Shown here in pieces: positions 17,835-27,287 of a stretch of DNA of 64,000 nucleotides. The DNA is taken from contig JAYYZE010000036.1 in the NCBI GenBank assembly GCA_036340235.1, forward strand, positions 90,872 to 154,871, given 5' to 3'. The stretch comes from Bacteroidota bacterium (GTDB lineage: Bacteria; Bacteroidota; Bacteroidia; Flavobacteriales; UBA7312). Both the position numbers and the translations under genes were made by a program. The notes under the pieces are model-generated. The model saw only the letters and a list, made by a program, of their open reading frames with translations, ran no database searches and was not told the origin of the DNA. Numbering within the stretch: position 1 is the stretch's first letter; every line of letters starts with the position of its first letter.

Positions 17835-19870
17835 TAGTCAATGGGGTAGTTAAAATTAGCAATGAGTTTTAAATCAATGGTATAATCACTGTAAAGTGTA
17901 ACGTGCTGATTTGAGGGTTGGGTATTTAGGATTACTTCAAATGCAATTTTTCGACACAAGTTTAGGCTTTCACTAATGGCCTCGAAAGGGTAGGTTAGTT
18001 CGCTCGATGTCGATGCGATTGTTTTGCCTAATTCATTAATTTCACAGGCTTGAACTATTTGATCAGAAAGTAATTCCTTCAATATCATGTCACTTTGGTC
18101 CAGTAATACCATTTTAATGGAGGCATCCAAGGGGAATGAATTCTGAGTTAGAAGGCTAAAAGAGCCGTTGCTTACATCTTCTACATCAAGTCTTGCCTCA
18201 ACAGTATCTTTGATGACAATTTGGCTCGCGCTAAAGGATAGGGGGATACCTACTTCTAAATTTGCTGTTATACCGTGGTCTTTGTACATGAATCCAGAAT
18301 TGGTGGAAGGATTAGGGTTTAGGATTAGCTCAAAATTAAAGTTTAGTTTTTGTGGTTTACTCTCAATTATTTCGTCGATATTGGAATTGCTTTCGTTAAA
18401 GTTTACAGCGTTCTGAGCAGCCAGTATTTGCGTTTCCTCATTATTAGTTTCTGTGGCCGATTCGATGTGAAATGGAGAGGCTAGTGTAGCCCCGTCAAGG
18501 TAGATGGAAGTAATATCGTTTTCAGCACTAAAATTGTTAATCCATACCTGGGCATTACTACCAATGTAGTTTTCAGTTTTCAAACTAACGTCTACTTTTG
18601 ATAGGTCAAGTTTTCCCTCAAAGCTGGAAAAATCAACAAAGTCAGAACTGTAAGACTCTTGGAATGTATCTGTCCCAAGATATCCATACGCAATTTCAGG
18701 TATTATCTCTTTTATTGTAATGGTGTTAAATACGCTATCTTCTAAGGATATATGAGTAATCACACCAGAGGAGTCTATCCAACCTTGTGATTCTGTATAA
18801 ATGGTATTAACTGTATCGCCGTATTTTCCTGTCATATCAATTTCATATCCGGAAAAATCAAAAAATTTGGTGACTGATATAGAGCCACCTACAGGTGCTG
18901 GTGGCAAACGATAAAAAAATTCAAATGGTTGACCATTGAGGGTGGTTCCAGGAATTCTATATTCTACTTTTATAGTGTCTTGAATGGTACTTACCCCTAC
19001 CACTTCAACCCCTCCTTCTTCAACTATTACTTTGTTAAGACGTACATCGCCTATTTCAAATGCCACAACTGTGTCTTCGTCAAAAATTTGTTGACTTGGA
19101 AAGATGGCAATTCCCTCCTGTAAGTCAATATCTCTGATGGTTATTTCTGCAATAAGGGCATCGCTGTAGTTAATGGTAACGCTGTTGGGTGCAGTGCCTA
19201 CAACATCGGCATTAATAATTTCAGCTTCTAAGTTTCCTAATAATGTTTGTCCTGCCAAAGAAGCTGTTTCCATTGCTGTTTCTCCACTGGCTAGAACGGG
19301 GATAGTCATCGATATGATGTTTGTAATGTCATTTTCATTTCTTAGCTCCAACTGCACATTACTTAAATCGGTGGGTAATTGGTTTATAATTTTTAAGTCC
19401 ACATAACCATCATTAAAGGTCATTTCTTCGAAGTAGTCGTTTGCATCAATGGGGAAGGTGTCGTTTAGTAATCCCGAGTAAGCTGGTATCACAGCATCGC
19501 CACCATTAGGGAATAAAAGTGTGCCGAAGTCTATGGATGCAACAAGGTTGCCCATTGTGACCTCATGTGTAATGACTGTATTTGAAAACTTTATGGTCTC
19601 TAGTTTGACATTTTTGGTGGTGCTGATTGGTTCAATTTGAATTAGACTATCTAGCGTATAGTTCAATAGTTTCTTTGTGAAAATAAATTTCAAACTATTG
19701 TCGCCCAAAGTGTCGAATCGAATGGAACTATCGTTTACTAAGTCAATAATGCTCAATTCGGTATAAGCAATGGGGGTGGAAATATCTGTGTTCCAATTGG
19801 GTTTTTCGAAATCATGTTTGCAAGACGATATTAACAGCAACAGGCAATTTAAGTAAAGAAAGACTTTCAT
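17834..19870 (-). CDS. Hypothetical large lipoprotein (678 aa), family not recognised
   Basis: Lipoprotein signal with lipobox (LLLISSCKHD). The composition is Thr/Ser/Asn/Ile-rich and beta-type with no catalytic motif seen. It is co-oriented and coupled with the downstream putative barrel. Confidence 0.55.
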   Translation of the reverse strand: MKVFLYLNCLLLLISSCKHDFEKPNWNTDISTPIAYTELSIIDLVNDSSIRFDTLGDNSLKFIFTKKLLNYTLDSLIQIEPISTTKNVKLETIKFSNTVITHEVTMGNLVASIDFGTLLFPNGGDAVIPAYSGLLNDTFPIDANDYFEEMTFNDGYVDLKIINQLPTDLSNVQLELRNENDITNIISMTIPVLASGETAMETASLAGQTLLGNLEAEIINADVVGTAPNSVTINYSDALIAEITIRDIDLQEGIAIFPSQQIFDEDTVVAFEIGDVRLNKVIVEEGGVEVVGVSTIQDTIKVEYRIPGTTLNGQPFEFFYRLPPAPVGGSISVTKFFDFSGYEIDMTGKYGDTVNTIYTESQGWIDSSGVITHISLEDSVFNTITIKEIIPEIAYGYLGTDTFQESYSSDFVDFSSFEGKLDLSKVDVSLKTENYIGSNAQVWINNFSAENDITSIYLDGATLASPFHIESATETNNEETQILAAQNAVNFNESNSNIDEIIESKPQKLNFNFELILNPNPSTNSGFMYKDHGITANLEVGIPLSFSASQIVIKDTVEARLDVEDVSNGSFSLLTQNSFPLDASIKMVLLDQSDMILKELLSDQIVQACEINELGKTIASTSSELTYPFEAISESLNLCRKIAFEVILNTQPSNQHVTLYSDYTIDLKLIANFNYPID

Positions 19871-19901
19871 GTTTTTGAATTTTTACAAATTTATGCTTTT
19901 T

Positions 19902-21176
19902 CTAGTAATGGTACTTGTCTTTCCAAATACTGGATAAGTAATTTTTAAATTTCAGTTCTCTTTCATTGTTGCCAGGAGAATACAGAGTCGTTCCAGAAAT
20001 ATCATCAGGTAAAAATTCTAAGTTGACAAAGCTGTTTTCGAAGTCATGAGCGTATAAGTAATTTTTTCCGTAGTCTAAGTCTTTCATTAGTTTGGTTGGT
20101 GAATTTCTAAGTTCTAAAGGAACTGACAACGATCCTTTTTCATTGACAAGTTCTTGTGCTTTATTTATTGCTAAGTAGGAGGCATTACTTTTTGGGGAGC
20201 ATGCTAGGTAGATAGTTGTTTGCGAGAGGATTATCCTCGATTCTGGCATACCTACATTAGTTATGGCTTGAAAGCAATTATTAGCCATGATAAGTGCGCT
20301 AGGGTTGGCATTGCCGATATCTTCAGAAGCCAAGATGATTAGTCTGCGTGCGATGAATTTGATGTCTTCTCCACCTTCTAACATTCTCGCTAACCAATAG
20401 ACTGCGGCATTGGGGTCGCTACCTCTAACGGATTTAATGTAGGCCGAAATAATATCGTAATGTTGCTCTCCATTTTTATCGTATAGAGCGATATTTTCTT
20501 GAGCTGACTGTAATACTAATTCATTGGTTATTATAATTTCCTTGCTTGTTTGCGAATTGACCACTAATTCAAAAATATTAAGCAGCTTTCGACCATCACC
20601 ACCTGAAATTCTAAATAGGGCATCGCTTTCTTTGAGTTGTATATTTTTTTGTATGAACTGCTTGTCTGTGTTTATTGCTTTTTCCAGCAATTGTAAAAGA
20701 TGATTTTTATTGAAATGTTCTAAAACATAGACCTGGCAACGCGACAGTAGTGCCGGAATGACTTCAAATGAAGGGTTTTCTGTGGTTGCACCAACTAGGG
20801 TAACTATGCCTTTCTCTACAGCGTTGAGAAGGGAGTCTTGCTGTGATTTGCTAAATCGGTGAATTTCATCAATAAATAGTATAGGTACGTTTTGACCAAA
20901 TAAGCCAAGCGATTTGGCTTTGTTGATGACTTCTCTGACGTCTTTTACTCCAGAATTGATAGCACTTAGGGTGTAAAATGGTCGCTCTAATTGCTTGGCA
21001 ATTATGTTGGCAAGGGTGGTTTTTCCCACTCCAGGAGGTCCCCAAAATATGAGTGAAGGGATAAGGTTGTTTTTTAGTGTTTTAAGAAGAGCACCATTTT
21101 TTCCAATGAGGTGTTCTTGTCCTATAAAGTCGTCTAATGTATGGGGTCGTAATCGTTCGGCTAAGGGGGTAGACAT
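19902..21176 (-). CDS. rarA: Replication-associated recombination protein A (AAA+ ATPase RarA/MgsA)
   Basis: LAERLRP...L.DFIGQEHL, Walker [10 protein letters not shown] and Walker [10 protein letters not shown] are present. The MgsA C-terminal domain reads [24 protein letters not shown]. Confidence 0.93.
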   Translation of the reverse strand: MSTPLAERLRPHTLDDFIGQEHLIGKNGALLKTLKNNLIPSLIFWGPPGVGKTTLANIIAKQLERPFYTLSAINSGVKDVREVINKAKSLGLFGQNVPILFIDEIHRFSKSQQDSLLNAVEKGIVTLVGATTENPSFEVIPALLSRCQVYVLEHFNKNHLLQLLEKAINTDKQFIQKNIQLKESDALFRISGGDGRKLLNIFELVVNSQTSKEIIITNELVLQSAQENIALYDKNGEQHYDIISAYIKSVRGSDPNAAVYWLARMLEGGEDIKFIARRLIILASEDIGNANPSALIMANNCFQAITNVGMPESRIILSQTTIYLACSPKSNASYLAINKAQELVNEKGSLSVPLELRNSPTKLMKDLDYGKNYLYAHDFENSFVNLEFLPDDISGTTLYSPGNNERELKFKNYLSSIWKDKYHY

Positions 21177-21178
21177 AT

Positions 21179-22306
21179 TTATTGAATCAGAATTTTTTCG
21201 TTGGTTGTATTCGTTTTCAACAGATAGATGCCTTTATCTAAAAATGGCAATTTAAGGGAAAATTCATTGTCTATTTTTTTACTAAATATCAATTTGCCGT
21301 TGAGGTCATACACCTCCACTAAGCTTGTCAGTTGATTGAGTTCTAGCGTCTGTCCATTGGCTAGTGGATTGGGGTAAAAGGCCTCGTCTAGCAATTGATT
21401 GTTTTTAATGCTACTGGTATTACAACTGGCTTCACATTCCTCTAAAGAAGAATATGTCCCACTATTGTCTAATAATTCAGTACAGCCATCTATATCGCAA
21501 TTGTAAGATGATAAAGCACCAAAGCCAATAAAAACTACTGAACTGTTGGCCGTGCTTGAATTGGGTATTGCTAAAGTGTCAGAAGCTGTATTGTAATAAA
21601 TGTCTGCTGGACTACTCATGTTGGGAACAAGCACTATGGGGTCAGCACTAAAGTCGCTATTGAATTTGTTGATGGCATTGTTACTCCATGCAGATACATA
21701 AAAGTCACCATTGCTATCCATAGCAATTCCATCGCAATTTTCTAATGTAGTGGTGGTTAACACATTATAAGATGAGTCAGTTAAGCTGATTTCATAAATG
21801 GGAGCGTTGCCATACCAACATACCATCAACAATCTATCTTCTATGTAGTCATAAAAGATACCGTTTGGGGTGTGAGGAATGTTTTCAATAAAAGTGTTGA
21901 AGTTTCCACTACTTATATCGAAACGATAGATATCTTTTCCAATAAAATCCGTTACAAATATATCGTTTCCTTTATGTGTAATGCCGTTAGCAAAACTGGC
22001 CCCTAAGTCTATATTTAACGTTTGTTCTTGAGTAGTTAAGTCATACGCTTTGAGCATGCTGCCACTGCATACATACAATTCATTACCCACTACTTCCAAT
22101 CCATGTGGGCCATCACCAACATTGGTGGCGAAGTATTGAAGATTTTCTGTGGCGGGGTCATAGCTTAAAATGCTACCTTCTCCAGAGTTAGAAATGAAAT
22201 AAAGCCCGCTGTTGCTATCAAAATCTACACTTTCAGGTTTGTTGTAGGATTGGGCATAAATAGCAGTACTAAAAAATATAAAAAGGATGGGGGTATAAAT
22301 GTTCAT
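21179..22306 (-). CDS. Secreted beta-propeller (SMP-30/NHL-like) protein with T9SS type A C-terminal sorting domain
   Basis: Signal peptide, then repeated propeller-like blades. A Cys-rich linker (CDIDGCTELLDNSGTYSSLEECEASC) follows. The C-terminus reads FYPNPLANGQTLELN...VEVYDLNGKLIFSK...KGIYLLK (Por_Secre_tail type). Confidence 0.7.
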   Translation of the reverse strand: MNIYTPILFIFFSTAIYAQSYNKPESVDFDSNSGLYFISNSGEGSILSYDPATENLQYFATNVGDGPHGLEVVGNELYVCSGSMLKAYDLTTQEQTLNIDLGASFANGITHKGNDIFVTDFIGKDIYRFDISSGNFNTFIENIPHTPNGIFYDYIEDRLLMVCWYGNAPIYEISLTDSSYNVLTTTTLENCDGIAMDSNGDFYVSAWSNNAINKFNSDFSADPIVLVPNMSSPADIYYNTASDTLAIPNSSTANSSVVFIGFGALSSYNCDIDGCTELLDNSGTYSSLEECEASCNTSSIKNNQLLDEAFYPNPLANGQTLELNQLTSLVEVYDLNGKLIFSKKIDNEFSLKLPFLDKGIYLLKTNTTNEKILIQ

Positions 22307-23724
22307 TATTCAATGATCAGTTTTTCGATAGTGTTATTCACTTTTGTGACATACAAACCGCTGGCAAACTTACCATTGAGTTGAAGGGTGTTTTCTGTCA
22401 TACGTTTGGAATAGACGACTTGCCCTTGTACATTAACAATTTCTAGTAGGTATGGCAATTCTGAAGTAGGTAAGTTCAAAATGCCAGTTTGAGAAATGGG
22501 ATTGGGAAAGGGTCTAAGACCGCTTAATTCATTTTCTGCAATGGAGGTATAGTCAGCATTGTGTAATTCGATGATTTCGTTGGGTCCTTGGCTTGGCCAG
22601 CTATTTCCATTTGTAGCTAGGTAAATTTTACCGTCAGGACTGACACAAATATCTCTCAATCGTCCCCATTCATTATTAAAAAAGTCGGTTTCTGACTGGA
22701 TGGTGTCGCCAGCTTCATTGAAAGTAAATCGAACCAATTTTTTTCCTTTCAGTACCGTCATTAGTAATGAGTTTTGAAATTCAGGAATGGAAGGGTGGTC
22801 ATACCAAATAATATCCGAAGGGGCTATGGTGGATGAACCGCTACTCCATAATGGCTCTATCACATCATTGTCCAGGCAGTAGTCACTTTCGGAATAATTA
22901 TTAGTCAGGTCTTCGGCATAGTATTCATCCACCCACTGGTTGTCGCAAAAGCCCTGTACGTTAGGCCAACCAAAGTTTCCTGCTTGTAAGATGTTAAGCT
23001 CATCGTCGTTGTTAGGGCCATGCTCAGAACTATAAATGACTCCATTAGCAGCAATGGCTAATCCTTGTGCATTTCTATGACCTATACTCCACACGTAGCT
23101 GCTGGGGTTGGGGTTGTCAGTTTTGGGGTTGCCAAAATTGGTGCCATTGGCGTCGATGTCAATTCTTAGCGTTTTACCTGTCAAAGAAGTTTCGTCCTGA
23201 GAAGCCATCCAGTCTTGAGCGTCGCCAGTAGTCACAAGTAGAGTGGTTTGGTCAATAGCTAGTAGGCGACAGCCAATGTGGGTGCTATTGCCGTCAATGC
23301 CATCCACAATAATGGTTTCGTTGATTAATTCATCATTGTCAGCATCATATTCATAGTAAACAATTTTTTCAAAGGCGTTAAATGAACTTCCGTAAGTATA
23401 TGCCAAGAAGACATAAGGCGCACCGTTGTTAAATTCGGGATGAATTTCCATTCCTAGCAATCCCGACTCATTAGAATCATACAGCTGTGAAGCCAAGTTT
23501 AGAATAGGGTATTGCTCACCTGTTTCTACATTTACTCTACTTATGAGTCCAGAACGTTCAGTAATCCAAAGGTGGTCATCTGGTCCCCATTTTATTTCCC
23601 ATGGTACATCCAAGCCGCCAATCACTTCCCTTTCGGTGAGAGTGGTTACGTCCAATTGGATTTGTGCTGAAGACAGATGAGCAAAAGACAGTGCGATAAC
23701 TAATATTTGTAAAAATTTATTCAT
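22306..23724 (-). CDS. PQQ-dependent sugar (glucose/sorbosone) dehydrogenase-like beta-propeller with T9SS type A C-terminal domain
   Basis: LDVPWEIKWGPDDHLWITER, SGLLGMEIHP, GHRNAQGLA and NDDELN match soluble GSDH-type motifs. The C-terminus is PFPNPISQTGILNL...LEIVNVQGQVVYSK...SGLYVTKV. Confidence 0.85.
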   Translation of the reverse strand: MNKFLQILVIALSFAHLSSAQIQLDVTTLTEREVIGGLDVPWEIKWGPDDHLWITERSGLISRVNVETGEQYPILNLASQLYDSNESGLLGMEIHPEFNNGAPYVFLAYTYGSSFNAFEKIVYYEYDADNDELINETIIVDGIDGNSTHIGCRLLAIDQTTLLVTTGDAQDWMASQDETSLTGKTLRIDIDANGTNFGNPKTDNPNPSSYVWSIGHRNAQGLAIAANGVIYSSEHGPNNDDELNILQAGNFGWPNVQGFCDNQWVDEYYAEDLTNNYSESDYCLDNDVIEPLWSSGSSTIAPSDIIWYDHPSIPEFQNSLLMTVLKGKKLVRFTFNEAGDTIQSETDFFNNEWGRLRDICVSPDGKIYLATNGNSWPSQGPNEIIELHNADYTSIAENELSGLRPFPNPISQTGILNLPTSELPYLLEIVNVQGQVVYSKRMTENTLQLNGKFASGLYVTKVNNTIEKLIIE

Positions 23725-23866
23725 TGTTTGATTGTGTAGGTTAGCATTTCAACAAATATCGCTAAAAATAACTAATTGACAATTCATTTATGAAATGAAA
23801 ATTTTACAACTCATAATCAATAGAAAAAATAATTATTTTTACAAAATAATATAAATTGTAAATCTT

Positions 23867-24436
23867 ATGTATCGTAAATTAAGTTATCTATTATCATTGT
23901 GTCTTTTTTTGGTTATTTCATCCTGTAAATCCAATAAAGGGTTAAGTGTTGAAGAACAAGGTGAGGTATTGATTGAACAATATTGCTCAGGTGACAAGTT
24001 TTTTTCTGATAAGAATACTTTTAGAGGCAATGCTATTGGTGAAAGTCTAGATCAAATGACTGCCAAGAAAAAAGCACGTTCTAATACTCAAGCTGAAATT
24101 GCTAAATCCATTAGTTCTACCATGAAGATTGTGGGTGATAATTATGTAAGTTCTTCAGAGTTTAACAATAAAGAAGAAGTGACAGAAACCTTCAATGAAA
24201 TGTCGCGCACTATTGTTGACGAAGAACTTAAAGGGGTGGTTACCATTTGTGAAAAAATGACCAAAACACCTCAAGGTAAGTACAAATGCTACATGGCAAT
24301 GGAAATTGCGGCTGAAAAACTTGCCTCAAAATACCATGAACGTCTTTCAAAAGATGAAAAGCTAAAAGCTGATTACAACTACGAAAAGTTTAAAGAAGTA
24401 TTTGAACAAGAGATGGCAAAGTTATCTAACAACTAG
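23867..24436 (+). CDS. Small lipoprotein, LPP20-like
   Basis: Lipobox LVISSCKSN. The segment FRGNAIGESLDQMTAKKKARSNTQAEIAKSISSTMKIV resembles the LPP20 (PF02169) core. The gene is followed by a strong terminator. Confidence 0.5.
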   Translation: MYRKLSYLLSLCLFLVISSCKSNKGLSVEEQGEVLIEQYCSGDKFFSDKNTFRGNAIGESLDQMTAKKKARSNTQAEIAKSISSTMKIVGDNYVSSSEFNNKEEVTETFNEMSRTIVDEELKGVVTICEKMTKTPQGKYKCYMAMEIAAEKLASKYHERLSKDEKLKADYNYEKFKEVFEQEMAKLSNN

Positions 24437-24460
24437 TCTTTGCAATCCTCTTAATAAATA

Positions 24461-24487
24461 AAAACCCGCCACGAGCGGGTTTTTTTA
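24461..24487. terminator. Bidirectional rho-independent terminator between convergent genes
   Basis: AAAACCCGC-CACGA-GCGGGTTTTTTT: a 6-bp GC-rich stem (ACCCGC/GCGGGT) with a 5-nt loop, an A-run on one side and a T-run on the other. Confidence 0.75.
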
Positions 24488-25843
24488 TTCAATGATAAAT
24501 CGATTGACAAAATCGGGAATGATTTGGTCTGTAATTTGGTTAGCTACTTGTTGGTAGGCCTTGGAGTTGGCTTGATCAAAGTCTAATTGAATACCTTTGA
24601 TTTTATGAACCGACTTGCTGTAAACAATACGCTCCTGCAAATCTTTGACCTGAATGTTCAAGTCAACGTATACGGTAAACATTTTTTGGTTGTTGGTAGC
24701 TTTTCCTTTTTCCGAATCGGCGTTAATGGTCATCATAAGCTGTGCATCTTGCATGTTGCCTACTGGAGTAAAATCTAACTTGCTAAGGGCGGACTCAGCG
24801 GCAAAGCGTAAGTTGGAAGAATTTTTTTCTTTGCCGAAGTGTTTTTCTGTGGACTTAACAAAGACAGTGGGCGTGTAGACGTAGACAGGTACGATGATTT
24901 GATGAGTTTTCACGCTATTAAAGAGTTTTTGTATGAAAGGGCTCTTAGTCCCTTCTTCAATCCAGTCTTTAAAGTCAATTCCCGCCTCGAAATTTTGAAC
25001 ACTTTCTGTACTTTTTATCTTTGTAATGGAAGTGGTAAATACACCGTTTTGGTTACTAATGCTTTGATAGTTTTTAAGCTCTAAATATTTAGAAACAGTT
25101 ATTAGTGGAATGTTAGCTTGTCTCGTTTTCTTGTATTCCACAGCAAGGTCAATGGTCTTGACAGAGCTTCCAACCATAGCGTTAATTTTTTTAGTGAGGC
25201 AGTAAACTTGAAAATCATCGATATACGAACGAAAACGAGCAATAATTTCGCTACCTAAGTACACATTCTCTCGATCAAATTTGGTGTTCAAAGGCTCGCC
25301 AAGGTAGGGTTCTAGAACCGAAAGTGCTTTGACAAAATTAACGTACCTATCTTTCAAGTTAGATTCGAGAAGGATGGCTTTTGATAGGTGGTATTTCGAT
25401 TCTTCTATTGCTTCACTTATTCGCGCCTCTCTTTTTTCAAAATAAGTGCTTTTGTTTAGGCGGTAATAAACCCAATATTCATTGTTTTGGTTAAAGGTGC
25501 TGACCAGTTCGTAGCCCTCCAAAATATCATCGGCCTTAACTTGAATGTTGGATTTAAAATCCTCTTCATAGCCGTAGTCTCTATCCATTTGTAAAAACAC
25601 TGATTGAGAAGAGATAGTCACTTTAATTTGTGACATCAGATTTTGTAAGGCATTTTGTTGAGCTATCTTGATGTAATCTTGTGGATGTGAGCTTTTATCA
25701 GCAATGCCAATACCAACGTAGTGCGTATTGGAAATGGGATACTCCTTGACCCAATCGGGAATTGGGGATACTTCGGTAGTTTGTTTGCTTGATTGGCAGG
25801 AAGTAAAGACCAGTACGGTAATGAGAAAAAATATCCTATTCAT
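24485..25843 (-). CDS. Lipoprotein with N-terminal LPP20-like domain
   Basis: Lipobox LVFTSCQSS. PDWVKEYPISNTHYVGIGIADKSS...IAQQNALQNLMSQIKVTISSQS is LPP20-like. It has an 8-nt overlap with the upstream CsgG-like gene, so the two are probably an operon. Confidence 0.6.
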   Translation of the reverse strand: MNRIFFLITVLVFTSCQSSKQTTEVSPIPDWVKEYPISNTHYVGIGIADKSSHPQDYIKIAQQNALQNLMSQIKVTISSQSVFLQMDRDYGYEEDFKSNIQVKADDILEGYELVSTFNQNNEYWVYYRLNKSTYFEKREARISEAIEESKYHLSKAILLESNLKDRYVNFVKALSVLEPYLGEPLNTKFDRENVYLGSEIIARFRSYIDDFQVYCLTKKINAMVGSSVKTIDLAVEYKKTRQANIPLITVSKYLELKNYQSISNQNGVFTTSITKIKSTESVQNFEAGIDFKDWIEEGTKSPFIQKLFNSVKTHQIIVPVYVYTPTVFVKSTEKHFGKEKNSSNLRFAAESALSKLDFTPVGNMQDAQLMMTINADSEKGKATNNQKMFTVYVDLNIQVKDLQERIVYSKSVHKIKGIQLDFDQANSKAYQQVANQITDQIIPDFVNRFIIE

Positions 25844-27218
25844 TTTCGGGATTGTAATTGTTTATTTTCTGACAGACGTCTTTGGCAATGTCTAAATAGG
25901 CCTCGCTGGCCAATTCGTCTACTGACTTTAGGTTTGTTTTACCTCTAAATAGTGCTTTCAATGCTCGCTTTTCAGTAAACGAATTATTGACCACATCAGA
26001 AGGGCTAGCTTTGGTTGGCCAGCGCCAACTTCCTGGAACAATATTTCGGAAATTATGGTTAGATTTAGCATAGGCCACATCGTCTTTTTTGTTGACGTTT
26101 ATCAGCTTTGTAATAAGAATTTCACTCGTTTCTACGGAAATGAGTTGAAATTGAAAGCCTACTTGAATGGAGTTGCTCCCATAAAATTCACTGTATTTAA
26201 TCTTGTCGTAGACCGTTTCGTAGTAATGTTTCTCCTTTTCGGCATCGTACTTTTTTACCTTTCGCTCCAGCCATCCCTTTTGGATGGTTTCTTTGACCGC
26301 ATTTTTCTGTTTCGAAAAGCTCACTAGCTTTCCAGTTAGAAGCACTTTGGCACCTATCATTTCACCAGCTTGTGCGTAGGTTCCTTCCGATGCTTGTCCA
26401 CTCATGCCCAAAACCTGTTCGTTGATAAAGGTGCTAGTGAGTTGACGATCTACCAACTTAATAAAGGGATTGTCAATTTTCATCATTTCGTCCACTATCA
26501 AAGTAGATATGGCCGATTCGCCACCTTTCTTGTTGCTTGCGTTTTCGAATTGGATGACTCCGATGGTAAATATGCCAGCATTTAATGCCAATTGCTGGAG
26601 GGACTCACATTCCTTGTAGGAAGAGGGTATTTTGTCAAATTCGTAGTAGGCAGAGCGAAATTTTTCGTTTTCTAGAAAAGCGTTGGCCTTTCGATACAAG
26701 GGTTCAAAAGTCGCTACGTCTTTCAGTGCATCGACGTCTTTATAATTGGGTTTTAACAGGACAATTTCTTTAAGCAGTTTTTCCGATTCTACAAAATTTT
26801 CCTCTTCTAGTAAAGACATTACATGATTGTAGGAGATTTCAACATACTCATCAGCTAGCCTTTGGTAGTCTTTTGTATAGGTTGGGGGAATATCGAGGCG
26901 TATGGAATAGGTACTTACCTTCTTTTGCAGAGCGTCAGCATCACGGTAGTGATAGATGGCTTTTCGTTGTTCTCCAAAATTACTAGCCTTGAAGAAATCG
27001 TCCAAATGCCTGTTGATTTGTTTTTGTCCTGAATGTTTGAGCCCTTCTTTGGCTTCCAAATAATCGCCTTTTTTGTCTAACGCTCTGAAGTATTGTTGGC
27101 AGGCGTCAGCATATAACTCTTTTTCCAAAAACTTATCTCCTTTTTTGGTCAATGATTTGGGCGTATCGCAACTTACCAAAAATAATAATAGAACAATTGA
27201 TAAGGGTAAATATCTCAT
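25836..27218 (-). CDS. Lipoprotein with helical (TPR-like) N-half and CsgG/HfaB-like C-half
   Basis: I chose the ATG at 27218 (MRYLPLSIVLLLFLVSCDTP, lipobox) over 27242. The C-half FTIGVIQFENASNKKGGESAISTLIVDEMMKIDNPFIKLVDRQ...NEQVLGMSG...IGAKVLLTGKLVSF...FQFQLISVETSEIL follows the CsgG-family pattern (PF03783-like, from memory). Confidence 0.55.
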   Translation of the reverse strand: MRYLPLSIVLLLFLVSCDTPKSLTKKGDKFLEKELYADACQQYFRALDKKGDYLEAKEGLKHSGQKQINRHLDDFFKASNFGEQRKAIYHYRDADALQKKVSTYSIRLDIPPTYTKDYQRLADEYVEISYNHVMSLLEEENFVESEKLLKEIVLLKPNYKDVDALKDVATFEPLYRKANAFLENEKFRSAYYEFDKIPSSYKECESLQQLALNAGIFTIGVIQFENASNKKGGESAISTLIVDEMMKIDNPFIKLVDRQLTSTFINEQVLGMSGQASEGTYAQAGEMIGAKVLLTGKLVSFSKQKNAVKETIQKGWLERKVKKYDAEKEKHYYETVYDKIKYSEFYGSNSIQVGFQFQLISVETSEILITKLINVNKKDDVAYAKSNHNFRNIVPGSWRWPTKASPSDVVNNSFTEKRALKALFRGKTNLKSVDELASEAYLDIAKDVCQKINNYNPENE

Positions 27219-27287
27219 GTCGCAAATATAGTTTTTTTGCATAAAAATGTTTAGCTTTGGTCTTCAACAAAAAATAACTAAACAATC

